The position numbers and the translations under genes were made by a program. Shown one piece after another: positions 36,258-45,879 of a stretch of 64,000 bases of DNA (positions are counted from its first letter, which is position 1; each line of letters starts with the position of its first letter). The notes beneath the pieces are model-generated. The model was not told the origin of the DNA. It worked only from the letters and a program-made list of their open reading frames with translations, and searched no databases. The stretch is from a virus. Location of the stretch: IMG/VR virus record IMGVR_UViG_3300027985_001623, positions 1 through 64,000 of that record; one strand, given 5' to 3'.

Positions 36258-39200
36258 CGTGGTGAATTGACAAAGTGGTCATGTTTGCGATTGTGTTTGG
36301 GGAACCGCCAAAATTCGTCACGTACATCCGAAGTTGATCGTTTACGGCGAACGTGTAAAACCCCTCAGCGGACATTGTCGTGTAGTTATCGGTTGCCTGC
36401 TCGGCGGAGCTGCGTTGCCCCTGAATAACTGTCGTAAAAGAACCGCCGACTCCTCGCATGAGTTCCATCAGGATGGAACCAACTCCGGATGTTGACGCGA
36501 AGAAGCTCAAGTTCCCGAGCATTCTTACAGTGCAGGCGCGCGTGAAAAGCCACGTTCCTGCACCATCGAATGTTAAGTAATCTGAGTTCGCTGCGACAGT
36601 CGCAAGGTCGAATCCAATGTAGTTCGACCCCGTGATGAGAGCCCCCGTCGTCCTCTTTGCAGCCGCCAGAGTGTTGATCCCAATCTCGATCCACGGAGAA
36701 TTCGCGGATGATGCCGACCGCAACTGATAAACTCTCGAAGACGTCCCGTTATCCCGGTAGTAAAGCGCGCCGGGGAGGGCTGTTATAAGCCCATTGGGGT
36801 TTCGCGTCCCCGAGTACTGCTGCGTCAGCGCCCCATTCGACCCAGTTGCCTCCAGTGACGCTACGAGCCCCGTGTCTCCGACCGTCGATGAAATGAGTGT
36901 TGAGCCGGAGTCTTCGACGACAAGGCTGGAGCCCTGAAGAGTTAGGCCGCCCGTACCGTCCGATCGTGGGACGCGATTGTCAACCGTTCCGACTGAACCG
37001 CCGATCGTGCCAGATCCCCCACCACCACCACCGCCAACCGTGAACTGTGATCCGAACTTGCCAGCACTGCGAAATACAGCATTTACTGAATTGAGCTGCG
37101 TAGTTCCCTGTTTTACGATCAGGTATGTACAAAGCGCGAATCCGGCTAGGAACGGGTCAGTGGCGAATATGGCATCCGCTATACCGGATATCGCCTCGGC
37201 CGAGCTATTGTAGACGTTTTGCCCGTAGTGCACCCGGATCGTCTGTGAGCTGGACTCATGATAGATCCGCTGCACCGTCCATTTGTTGACCGGCACCGCA
37301 GCTAATGTCCCGGTCCCATCGTCGTAATTATCTGGGTCGATGCTTGTCACTGGAACAGTAATAGCGAACCCACTTGGCTCCCCAGGATCCCTGCGAAGAT
37401 ACCCCCAGGTCACTGGGCTAATCAACGGATCGATTCCGAGTGAGCGTTGCGTTCGATCAATGTCATAATTGACGCCGTAAGCCCACGTTTCGCCAGCGGA
37501 CTTTGACATCTCTAGCGTTGTACCGGCCCCAACCCATGAGAACGCGTTCCCTGAGACATTTATCGCCCCAAAGATCCCAGCGAACTGAGCAAACTCGCCC
37601 CCAAAATCGTAGGAAGCGTAAGTAAAAACCACGAAATCTGAAATCGATGTACCGTTCGGATGCGCAACGCGTCCGAGCACAATGAGCGAACGCTTCTGTG
37701 CCTCAGTAAACGCAACATCGCTTTGAACAACGGATCCGGCAGAATCAATCGCAATCCAAGTTGTCGATCGAGTCGCCAAGTAGGTCAAGGTGATCGCCGT
37801 TAGTCCGGACCATTCAACTCTCGTTACTGTCGGAAGCGGGGCAGTCGCCGATACAATCCACCCGAACCCGTCACTGAGATCAAACTTCGCGGGGTCAGCA
37901 TTGATACTGAAAACGCCGCCCTGGTACACACCAGTCGACTGGAAATATTGGAAATCATTGACATACGCGAGGATGTTCGCGCCCTGCCGAACACGGACAT
38001 CGGTCGGGGGTATCCAAAGCGCTTGCGCTGGAACTACAGCAGAGTTAGTTGCTGTCAATGCGAGTTGAAGCGAGGACAAAAGCGCTCGACCCTGGTTGTC
38101 CCAGTAATAAGTGCCCCCTGTAGCAACCCGAACCCCGTCTAAAGTTGACCCGTCGACAATAACGTCAGCATTATTTCGAGTAGCGCGAATCCAGTAATAC
38201 CCACCAGCGCCCGGCACCCATGATGTGAGTTCATCCGGTGCCCACATAACGACAGTCTGATCGATGTCAGTAATATAGGATAGCGCCGTGAAAGTCGCCC
38301 ACGTACCGACACCGGTAGAGTAGTGAAAACTAAGCTCCAACCCCTGCCCAGGTGGAACCACCCCGAAATCAAAATGGACACTTGAGAACTGCGTGGAATG
38401 TCCAACGTAAACAGGGTCTGCTGTCGTTGGCCACGTTGCCACACTACCCCCACCCCCGCTAGACAAAGCAACCGTCTGGTCAACCGCGCCCGGATCAACT
38501 AAGACTTGAGTTGCGTTCGTACGACTGCCATGCGTTACGCGAGCAACCCCCACATTCCCACTTGCCGCAATAGCTGAAGCCTTAACAGTGGTCCCTGTAT
38601 TGCCGAGTGCCATTGCGGCCACCGACGCCGCGCCAGCTGCGGCTGCGGTCTGGAGCTCCATAACTAGAGCACCGTAGACACCGCCCCGTAAAATGTCAAA
38701 CGTGTCGACAACAAGCTTTAGAAACTTGCCCCGCGTGTAACCATTCAAGCCGTGAGTTGCGCCTACAGAAATTAGGCCATCGGTTACCGTGTCCGAGTAG
38801 ATGCCAAGGCGCGCCAAATTGTTGAGAAAACCGAGATCGGATAAAGTTACAGCACTACCTTGCGCATTGTTGCCAAGTGTTCCGTTAGTCCGAACCAGCG
38901 CATTGTCAGTACTCCCCAGAGTACCAATGATGCCTTGAGGAACGGTTTCAAGGCGGTAACGTTGCGCTGTCTGGTCGTAAAATAAGATCACCGCCGAAAG
39001 CGGGGCTACAACATAATCAGCTAAATTAGGGCAGATTACTCGGCTAACAGGAGTGGACGCCAAAGATTGATGAGCAATCGTGATGTTCCCACCTGTATCG
39101 GTGTTAAAGAACACTTTAGTGAGCGTGATTGGCACACCAAAACCAGTGATAATCTGGTTCCCGATAGTCCCCTGCAAAATGTGCGTCGCAACATCAAAAT

Positions 39201-39768
39201 CCGTGGGGGTGTAGTCGTCTTCTTGGCTTGCAAGCGTCGTTGGCGTAATAACAACGGGAGACCCTCCACTTCCCGGAGTCAATGCGTCAAGCTTTTCAAG
39301 CGCCTGATAAAGGAGCTTCCTTGACGCATTATTGTCGCCATCCCAGCCGAAGGGTTGGCCACCCAAGTTCATCTCGTCTGGCTTCCCTCCCGCTCCAGTT
39401 AGAGGGAGCGGGTCCGGATTTCGCTGGTACGGAGGGGCGATAAGACCCAAGGGAAATGGGACCGCGAAACACCGGATATCCGTTTCCGTGTCCGTCACCA
39501 CCGTACCCGCAACCGTCAGACGAAGTCTATACGTCCCCGCCACATCGGGAGTAAACGCAAACGTCGTTGTTGGTCCGGGGCCCTGCACCGTGAGCGGTAC
39601 TGCGCTTCCTGGCGGCACATAGAGCATTTCGTACTTCCAAGAAATAACGCCCGTGTCATCACCGTTAGAAACAGTGCACGCGCCGTCAGTAAGCGTGCCG
39701 ACCACTCCCTCGCCAGCCAAGCCAGAGTTGGGCCCCTGAATGAATCGAATTAGTGCTTGTACGGCCAT
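36247..39768 (-). CDS. long tail fibre / receptor-binding protein
   Basis: 1173 aa, G/S/T rich, Ig-like N-terminus (FTPDVAGTY), two DN..RxdGt.G...QgS motifs. Confidence 0.8.
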   Translation of the reverse strand: MAVQALIRFIQGPNSGLAGEGVVGTLTDGACTVSNGDDTGVISWKYEMLYVPPGSAVPLTVQGPGPTTTFAFTPDVAGTYRLRLTVAGTVVTDTETDIRCFAVPFPLGLIAPPYQRNPDPLPLTGAGGKPDEMNLGGQPFGWDGDNNASRKLLYQALEKLDALTPGSGGSPVVITPTTLASQEDDYTPTDFDVATHILQGTIGNQIITGFGVPITLTKVFFNTDTGGNITIAHQSLASTPVSRVICPNLADYVVAPLSAVILFYDQTAQRYRLETVPQGIIGTLGSTDNALVRTNGTLGNNAQGSAVTLSDLGFLNNLARLGIYSDTVTDGLISVGATHGLNGYTRGKFLKLVVDTFDILRGGVYGALVMELQTAAAAGAASVAAMALGNTGTTVKASAIAASGNVGVARVTHGSRTNATQVLVDPGAVDQTVALSSGGGGSVATWPTTADPVYVGHSTQFSSVHFDFGVVPPGQGLELSFHYSTGVGTWATFTALSYITDIDQTVVMWAPDELTSWVPGAGGYYWIRATRNNADVIVDGSTLDGVRVATGGTYYWDNQGRALLSSLQLALTATNSAVVPAQALWIPPTDVRVRQGANILAYVNDFQYFQSTGVYQGGVFSINADPAKFDLSDGFGWIVSATAPLPTVTRVEWSGLTAITLTYLATRSTTWIAIDSAGSVVQSDVAFTEAQKRSLIVLGRVAHPNGTSISDFVVFTYASYDFGGEFAQFAGIFGAINVSGNAFSWVGAGTTLEMSKSAGETWAYGVNYDIDRTQRSLGIDPLISPVTWGYLRRDPGEPSGFAITVPVTSIDPDNYDDGTGTLAAVPVNKWTVQRIYHESSSQTIRVHYGQNVYNSSAEAISGIADAIFATDPFLAGFALCTYLIVKQGTTQLNSVNAVFRSAGKFGSQFTVGGGGGGGSGTIGGSVGTVDNRVPRSDGTGGLTLQGSSLVVEDSGSTLISSTVGDTGLVASLEATGSNGALTQQYSGTRNPNGLITALPGALYYRDNGTSSRVYQLRSASSANSPWIEIGINTLAAAKRTTGALITGSNYIGFDLATVAANSDYLTFDGAGTWLFTRACTVRMLGNLSFFASTSGVGSILMELMRGVGGSFTTVIQGQRSSAEQATDNYTTMSAEGFYTFAVNDQLRMYVTNFGGSPNTIANMTTLSIHHVAG

Positions 39769-39771
39769 GTT

Positions 39772-41454
39772 TTAGTGCCCGATCCAGAAACCTTGAATTT
39801 TGTAAGACCCGCTAGTGAGTGTCAAGGGAATCGACCCGACACCATTAGCAGCAACAGTAATCACCATTTTATAGGCAGAAGACGAGGCAACGCCAATGAT
39901 GTCAGTGGACGGTAAAACGAAATCAAACGTTGCACGAAGCTCGCTTGTGTTGCCCGATGGAATGCCGACAAACGAAAACTCTTTCGAGTTGTTTACTGCA
40001 TTTCCTAGACCGTCCTGAAACTCAACCGTGACGACGAAGTTCTCCGTGATAGCTCCCGGAGTTACTAGCAACCCAAGCTCTACAGTGATGCCAGAACAGT
40101 AACCCGGGATAGCTCCGGCTTGTGTGGCTACTGTGCCGAACGACACCTCTTTCGTCACAAACCCGGTGCCGGCGGCCGAAGAAATCGTGTCGAAAATAAA
40201 CGGGCCATTAGCCCCCGCAACAAAACCGTCGCGACGAACAACTGTCGACACGTTGCCGAACGTCTCTTGACGAAAAATTGCAACGACGGACGCCGGATGC
40301 GTGCCTATGATTCCGTAATCGGCGGGGAGCAGTACGGGTGCGGATAGCTTCCCGCTACTAAGCACATCGCACGAAAGGCTGTCCGCTATAATGTATAGCC
40401 CCCAGTTGTCGGAAGGTTCTCGTTCACCGGTTATCGCTGAGTTGCCCGTGGTGTATCGACTCCAGCGGGGCAAACCGTAGGGCTCTACTGCGAGAACGTA
40501 CATCCATCGCGCCGAGTTTGGCGTAGCCATCGACACGGCGTAATCGCTAGTCGTAAACGCCCAATTCGTCGTTTCAACATCGGGTCCGCCAGGCCGAGTT
40601 GGTGCGATACGTCCGCGCATTCGATAATAACCATGGACAGTGAACGAGCCACTAAACGAGTTTGTCGTATTCGCTTGCAGATCAAACGTCCCCCCGATCT
40701 GCGTGCCAGAATTGTTCATCCCGTAATAGTGCCCGTTCTTAGCAATGAACCTATTGCCGAGAACCATTCTCGTATCGCCGCTAATGCGGCTGGCCAGCAA
40801 AGGCCGAACGTCGTAGAGGTCAACATCGGCGAAAGTCGACGTAGCCCCGTTATGAATGAGCACGCAAAGCGGCAACGACCCCGTGGTGACCCCAGGATAC
40901 CCGGCCCCAGAAGATCCTTGGCGAATAGTAAATTGCAGTGACACCTGCAACGTATTCGTTAGCAAAGTGGCCGTAAACACACCCGTCGTCGGATTATAGA
41001 TATCCTGGCTCGTCGTGGTTATGGTCTCAACAAGTGCCGCTTCAACAATGTCAATTCGAATGCCTGACCCGTTCGCAACAAACGGCAACTCCGTAGCACT
41101 CGTCACGCCATCCGAGCTCACCAGCATGTAGTCCGAATCAACCGCGGAATTGTAACTGGTCGTTGTCCCGTGAACACCGAGAATGCCGGGCGACACGAGA
41201 AGGTAGTTTGAAAACGGGCGTACCTTCAGACCAGTGGTGACATCCGCCGAAACTCCCGTGCCGTTTACCGGAGAAACAAATTCGTTCCATGAGCTGTTAT
41301 CAGAATTGCCCAACACAAACGAGTCGTTGTACATCCGGCGAAAAGCGTTAGTAAACGATGCTGCCGTGAAGTGCTGCAAAGCGTTTATGTCCGTGGACAA
41401 CGCTCGGGATAAGTTTTGGATAACTTGTGTTTTTACGCCGCTGTTGTTGCTCAT
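39772..41454 (-). CDS. baseplate/tail fibre attachment protein
   Basis: RIDIVEA...DVRP motif; position after wedge genes. Confidence 0.6.
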   Translation of the reverse strand: MSNNSGVKTQVIQNLSRALSTDINALQHFTAASFTNAFRRMYNDSFVLGNSDNSSWNEFVSPVNGTGVSADVTTGLKVRPFSNYLLVSPGILGVHGTTTSYNSAVDSDYMLVSSDGVTSATELPFVANGSGIRIDIVEAALVETITTTSQDIYNPTTGVFTATLLTNTLQVSLQFTIRQGSSGAGYPGVTTGSLPLCVLIHNGATSTFADVDLYDVRPLLASRISGDTRMVLGNRFIAKNGHYYGMNNSGTQIGGTFDLQANTTNSFSGSFTVHGYYRMRGRIAPTRPGGPDVETTNWAFTTSDYAVSMATPNSARWMYVLAVEPYGLPRWSRYTTGNSAITGEREPSDNWGLYIIADSLSCDVLSSGKLSAPVLLPADYGIIGTHPASVVAIFRQETFGNVSTVVRRDGFVAGANGPFIFDTISSAAGTGFVTKEVSFGTVATQAGAIPGYCSGITVELGLLVTPGAITENFVVTVEFQDGLGNAVNNSKEFSFVGIPSGNTSELRATFDFVLPSTDIIGVASSSAYKMVITVAANGVGSIPLTLTSGSYKIQGFWIGH

Positions 41455-41465
41455 GGTGGTTCCGC

Positions 41466-42677
41466 TTACAAAGGTTCTTGAATAAGGTTATAGCCAACGC
41501 CTGCGGCGTGCTTGGAAAGAAGGAGGTCCCAAATAGCTCGATAGAAAGCCCCGCTATACGTCGAGTAGCCATCGTAAGCGGAATCTTTCGCGGTTAGGCC
41601 AGGGGCATCATACGCATTCGCCAACGGATACGCAGCAGCAGGCGAAACGTCATAACAAAGCCCAAAATCGCGAGAGTCGTTGACACGCGGAACTTCAACA
41701 AGAAAGAATCCGCGTGAATCGATTGAGTTTACGAGCAACTTAAACCGGTCACTCGGGCGAAACGCGGGGATCATATCCCACGCGAAATTACGATCCGGAT
41801 TTTGCGGGGCGTCAGAACTACTACCAGCATCATAGTAGATCCCCGTGAAATTCGGGTACCCAATTTCTCGCAGCGTGCACGACCACGCCGGGTTACGTGC
41901 TCGAAGCAGTCGGTTGACACCACGAGTAATCGCCGCCGGAGAGACCGTGTCGGGAGACTCCGTCACGCGGAGACGAAACTCGTCGTCACTTTCAAACTCG
42001 TTCCTGAGAATGCCGAAATCTCGGGCTCGCGCATCTAAGTCCGCCGACCTGCCGCCACTGGTGGGGTTAATTTGTCGAATCGTCACTGACGGGTCAAAAG
42101 TCACCGGATCCGTCACAAGATACCGGATCTCCGCAACCTCCCCGGCGATTATCTCACCGTTGCGTGCGACAAGCTCGCCTGTCGTGTTGTACTCGAAACC
42201 AACATCGACAGCCTCAATTGGCACCAAAAACGGACCTAAGTTCAAAGCGTCAAACGCCTGATCGACTGTCGTGACAAAATCTCGCCCGTCAACCGTGCCC
42301 ACCCGTGTTCCGCGTTTCAGCGTGTACGCCGAAGTATCTGTCTTCCAAATCTCAATGAACCCAGTTGATTTGAGCCCGCCATCCGCGGTTATCACGTACG
42401 AACCACACTCAAAGTTATTGATGCTCGTAGAAATGCGCGCAGCAATCTTAGCATTCGCTTGAAGCAACTCGTAACCGCTGTTTTTAGAGGCTTTTAGTCC
42501 AGCAATGTAGTCGCTTGGATAGGCTCGATCGAGAACACCAAGAAAATACACTTGCCCCTGCACTACTGCCGTACACGTGACTTTCGCCCCAGTTACCGGA
42601 GGGGCAATCTCGGGCGCTAGTGTCCACGAGGTGATTCCCGCGGGCTCCGTCGTCGTATACTGCACCGAATACGCCAT
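41466..42677 (-). CDS. baseplate wedge protein
   Basis: LD.RARDFGILR..FESDDEFRLR and KHAAGV motifs; TAATG overlap. Confidence 0.7.
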   Translation of the reverse strand: MAYSVQYTTTEPAGITSWTLAPEIAPPVTGAKVTCTAVVQGQVYFLGVLDRAYPSDYIAGLKASKNSGYELLQANAKIAARISTSINNFECGSYVITADGGLKSTGFIEIWKTDTSAYTLKRGTRVGTVDGRDFVTTVDQAFDALNLGPFLVPIEAVDVGFEYNTTGELVARNGEIIAGEVAEIRYLVTDPVTFDPSVTIRQINPTSGGRSADLDARARDFGILRNEFESDDEFRLRVTESPDTVSPAAITRGVNRLLRARNPAWSCTLREIGYPNFTGIYYDAGSSSDAPQNPDRNFAWDMIPAFRPSDRFKLLVNSIDSRGFFLVEVPRVNDSRDFGLCYDVSPAAAYPLANAYDAPGLTAKDSAYDGYSTYSGAFYRAIWDLLLSKHAAGVGYNLIQEPL

Positions 42678-43021
42678 TAAAGGAGCTCCCCCGCCGAGTT
42701 GAACGCGTAAATAACCAGACGCGGGTTGTCCGGCCAAATAGGGCGGCCTTGCGGCGCATTTCTGCTGATAGAGAGCTGAAATCGTTGGTACCCCGCATCA
42801 ACGACAGGCGTAATCAACGACCCAGAGAACAACGGCATAAACCCTATGCCAGAAGACGGGTCGCCAGCGTAAGCGAACTCTTGCATCGTAGCGCCAGCAT
42901 AGAAAATGCCCACAATGACGTGTGTCAAAGTATTCGGATTATCCGTGCGCACATCAAACCCCAACGCCTGTGTGGGATCGATGGGGCCCGCCACCGGAAA
43001 CACATTAACGACTTCGATCAT
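42677..43021 (-). CDS. hypothetical baseplate-region protein
   Basis: Coupled ORF. Confidence 0.55.
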   Translation of the reverse strand: MIEVVNVFPVAGPIDPTQALGFDVRTDNPNTLTHVIVGIFYAGATMQEFAYAGDPSSGIGFMPLFSGSLITPVVDAGYQRFQLSISRNAPQGRPIWPDNPRLVIYAFNSAGELL

Positions 43022-44184
43022 GCAGACACCTGTAAGTAGGAAGCTACAGTGATGAGACTCTCACTCGTTCGAAACGCCGTGGTTGCACCCGCCACCAAAT
43101 CAGACGTGGGCGAAACAACGGACCCGCCGAGCGGTTCAACACCAGGAACTCTGGCGATCGCGTTATCCAAATCCGCAATAACCAAGTTTTCGCCTGAAGT
43201 GAGGCCGTTGACGTAATCTTGAGCAAACGCCTTTGCTTGGCTCAAAACAGAGGCCTCTTCGAACCCCAAACGAACGCGCAAAGCTAGCGTAATAGCAACA
43301 AGCGAAACAACACCAACCGAAGTCACCACATAGATGCCAGCAGCTCGAAACTCTTCAAGCGCGGCATTCACGGAAGTAGCCAAACTTTGAGCCTGTGCAT
43401 CGTAAACTGGTGTCGTCTCGGATGCTTGAACAAACTGTTCAGCAAACTGGTCGGTCACGACCACTTGCACCCAACGAGCAGGATCCCCGAATTCGTTAGT
43501 CGCATCATAAGCTGCGGCAGTTCGAACCCCCGGAACGGTCAACGCCCCACGAACCAACGCCGGATGTGTGCCTCGATACGCCGTTGAATAGAAAAGTTGT
43601 GCGCGTGACCGTAGTTCTGAATCAAGTTCGGCATTCCCGGCGCCAACAGTCGCCAGCGCATTTGAAACCGTGAGGTCACTCGGCGCTCCAACAACAGCTG
43701 CTGGAATCGACGTAATGGTTCCGGGGCGCGCGTGCTGGTCCAAGCCGGCCAATGTCGATACAACGGCCACGGTGACTGGCCCAGTTGACGCTGTTGGAAA
43801 CGACGCAGCGGCAGTCGTCAAAAACTCCGTGCCCGACGCGGTGGTGACCTTCGTGCCCACTGGTATCGTGAACCCCAAAGCAACGGGCGTTGTCGTCCGA
43901 AACTGCACCTCCCCAAGGGCGGGAGTGGCTCCGTTCCGAGTAAGCCGATACCGGTCGAAAACAAGACGGTCCAATTTTTCTTTGGCCGCCGAAGTCAAAA
44001 ACGAATCCGCCGTAACCCGCGCCAATTGGCCGACCAGCTCATCCCCAACAACCGCCCCCGCGGCGACAATCGCATTCGCGTCGGTTCCGGGACGATCGAC
44101 CACTTCGCGAGTCAACGAAGGTGAACGCGAAAGTACCTCGTCACGGGCGATCTTGAAAAGTTGGGGGAACGTTGGCGTATCCAT
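43018..44184 (-). CDS. baseplate J-like protein
   Basis: LDRL...R..AT.A.G.V.F, IPVGT, ELDSELRSR, RGT...VPGV. Confidence 0.88.
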   Translation of the reverse strand: MDTPTFPQLFKIARDEVLSRSPSLTREVVDRPGTDANAIVAAGAVVGDELVGQLARVTADSFLTSAAKEKLDRLVFDRYRLTRNGATPALGEVQFRTTTPVALGFTIPVGTKVTTASGTEFLTTAAASFPTASTGPVTVAVVSTLAGLDQHARPGTITSIPAAVVGAPSDLTVSNALATVGAGNAELDSELRSRAQLFYSTAYRGTHPALVRGALTVPGVRTAAAYDATNEFGDPARWVQVVVTDQFAEQFVQASETTPVYDAQAQSLATSVNAALEEFRAAGIYVVTSVGVVSLVAITLALRVRLGFEEASVLSQAKAFAQDYVNGLTSGENLVIADLDNAIARVPGVEPLGGSVVSPTSDLVAGATTAFRTSESLITVASYLQVSA

Positions 44185-44215
44185 TGTGCGAACTCAAACT
44201 TTCAGTGATCAAGCG

Positions 44216-45028
44216 TCATTGTACCACTGTCGATGGTAGAGGAATGGAGAGCTCGACGCGTTGCCCAGTTCGGCGCAAATGCGCAGAAACCCCGACGATC
44301 ATAACATGATCCGCCGAGAGGCTCACTCGAACCGCCACATTTTCTAGCTCTGGTTCCCGCGAAACCCCGTCAGATAGCTTTTTCTGAAAACCGATCAGGT
44401 CAGTCGTTGTCGGTGTGTTTTTTGCGGTAATCCCCTGCCCGTAACGGACATCTGCAAGGTGAAAGAACTCTGCCTGCGCTGTCACAATTCGCCGCACAAT
44501 AAGTTTTCGCATGAGCTGCGCGCCAGATTCCTTGCGGTAATCCCCGTCGGTACCAATAACGAGTCCTCCGTTGAGCTGATCACCTTCTACCTGAGGATTG
44601 AACAAATCAAGAAGTGGTCGCCGAGCCACGATTGGCGTCTGCACCGACGGCATTCCCAGAAAGTTGCCGTATTTTGGTTCGACAAACGGCTCCCCTAAGT
44701 ACCCGACAAGGTTTGCCGCAATCACCTGGTAGCCCGTGAAACTCGACGTAAACGGCTGCGTCATGACGAACTCTACGGCCAAAACCGTGGAAGGCACTGC
44801 GCGGCTCGCCAGGAGTGCAACAACCTCCGCCGTGTCCAAATTGGTGAGTACAAAATTTGACAAATTTGAAGCGTCAGTCGGTCCAATCGGTGAATTGAAG
44901 GTTGGGCGCGCGGAAAAAACAACAATGAACGACTGTGATGATGACGCGTAAGCGCGCTCAACCCAGAATCCGGACCCTGAAGTCGAGCCCCCGCCCCAGC
45001 CCGTTCCGAACGAAGTTCCCCAAGCCAT
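44216..45028 (-). CDS. gp25-like baseplate wedge protein with N-terminal Ig-like domain
   Basis: DGDY...G...RR..T...F.H...YG C-terminal domain; synteny. Confidence 0.65.
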   Translation of the reverse strand: MAWGTSFGTGWGGGSTSGSGFWVERAYASSSQSFIVVFSARPTFNSPIGPTDASNLSNFVLTNLDTAEVVALLASRAVPSTVLAVEFVMTQPFTSSFTGYQVIAANLVGYLGEPFVEPKYGNFLGMPSVQTPIVARRPLLDLFNPQVEGDQLNGGLVIGTDGDYRKESGAQLMRKLIVRRIVTAQAEFFHLADVRYGQGITAKNTPTTTDLIGFQKKLSDGVSREPELENVAVRVSLSADHVMIVGVSAHLRRTGQRVELSIPLPSTVVQ

Positions 45029-45029
45029 A

Positions 45030-45878
45030 CTAGCTACAAAATCCTTTCAGGCTTCCCAACGATATTCGGCCCCACTGTGCCGCGGCAGCCGAGGCCGCAC
45101 TAGCCAGCGCTGTAGCAGCCGCGGCCGAAGGGGCAACCGCCGGGAACGTGCCGGCCAGCGCCCCCCAAGACGTGGCGTCGGCAGTCGCACTTGCTGCAAG
45201 ACTCGATAACATGGCCGCCGCTCCGGAGCCCGCAACTGTCGGATCGTTCACGCGAGCAATCCCCAAAGTCGCCGACTCGCCAATCTTCATCAATGGGGCG
45301 TCCAACGTAACGTTCGCTGAGCTGGCGATATTGACCTTCGCTGAACCCGTGATTTCCACGGTCGTATCAGCGGAAATCACGACCCGCGAACCGCCTGTCG
45401 CGACGACCTCAAAAGTGGAGCCTCCAGAAAGCTCAATCTTGACCGCACCGCTTTGGCGCGCAATGACACGCACCGTATTACCGTCTTCAAGGCGAAACGT
45501 GGGCATTGACGTGGGCTCATCCGTGGTCGGACTATCGTTCTCAGCGAGCTCTATCGGCGGCTTCGCCCCAGCGTGCCAGAGCCGTGAAATTATGATCGGG
45601 CCCTCCCCTGGGTCACCTTGTGGCGTGACCACGGCAATGAGATCCCCCGTTTTGAGCGGAACGTACCCGCCGAATCCATCACCAACGTACCCAGAACCAA
45701 TTAGCGCCGTGTCCGTCTCACCATCCGGCAGATAGGTGATGTCCGCAAAAAGGCCCTTTTCTGGGTCGAATCCGAGTTCGGTGACCTTGGCGCGAGAAAC
45801 CCAAGTCCGGGGGTCTATCCCCGGGCGAGACACCAGTGCCGAAAGTCGCCCCGCATCAACTGAAGAAGGTTGACGCAT
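45030..45878 (-). CDS. baseplate central spike (gpV/gp45-like)
   Basis: OB-fold N-terminus (P..GD.I.V..P.GD...PII), beta-helix-like repeats, IAR.ND. Confidence 0.75.
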   Translation of the reverse strand: MRQPSSVDAGRLSALVSRPGIDPRTWVSRAKVTELGFDPEKGLFADITYLPDGETDTALIGSGYVGDGFGGYVPLKTGDLIAVVTPQGDPGEGPIIISRLWHAGAKPPIELAENDSPTTDEPTSMPTFRLEDGNTVRVIARQSGAVKIELSGGSTFEVVATGGSRVVISADTTVEITGSAKVNIASSANVTLDAPLMKIGESATLGIARVNDPTVAGSGAAAMLSSLAASATADATSWGALAGTFPAVAPSAAAATALASAASAAAAQWGRISLGSLKGFCS

Positions 45879-45879
45879 A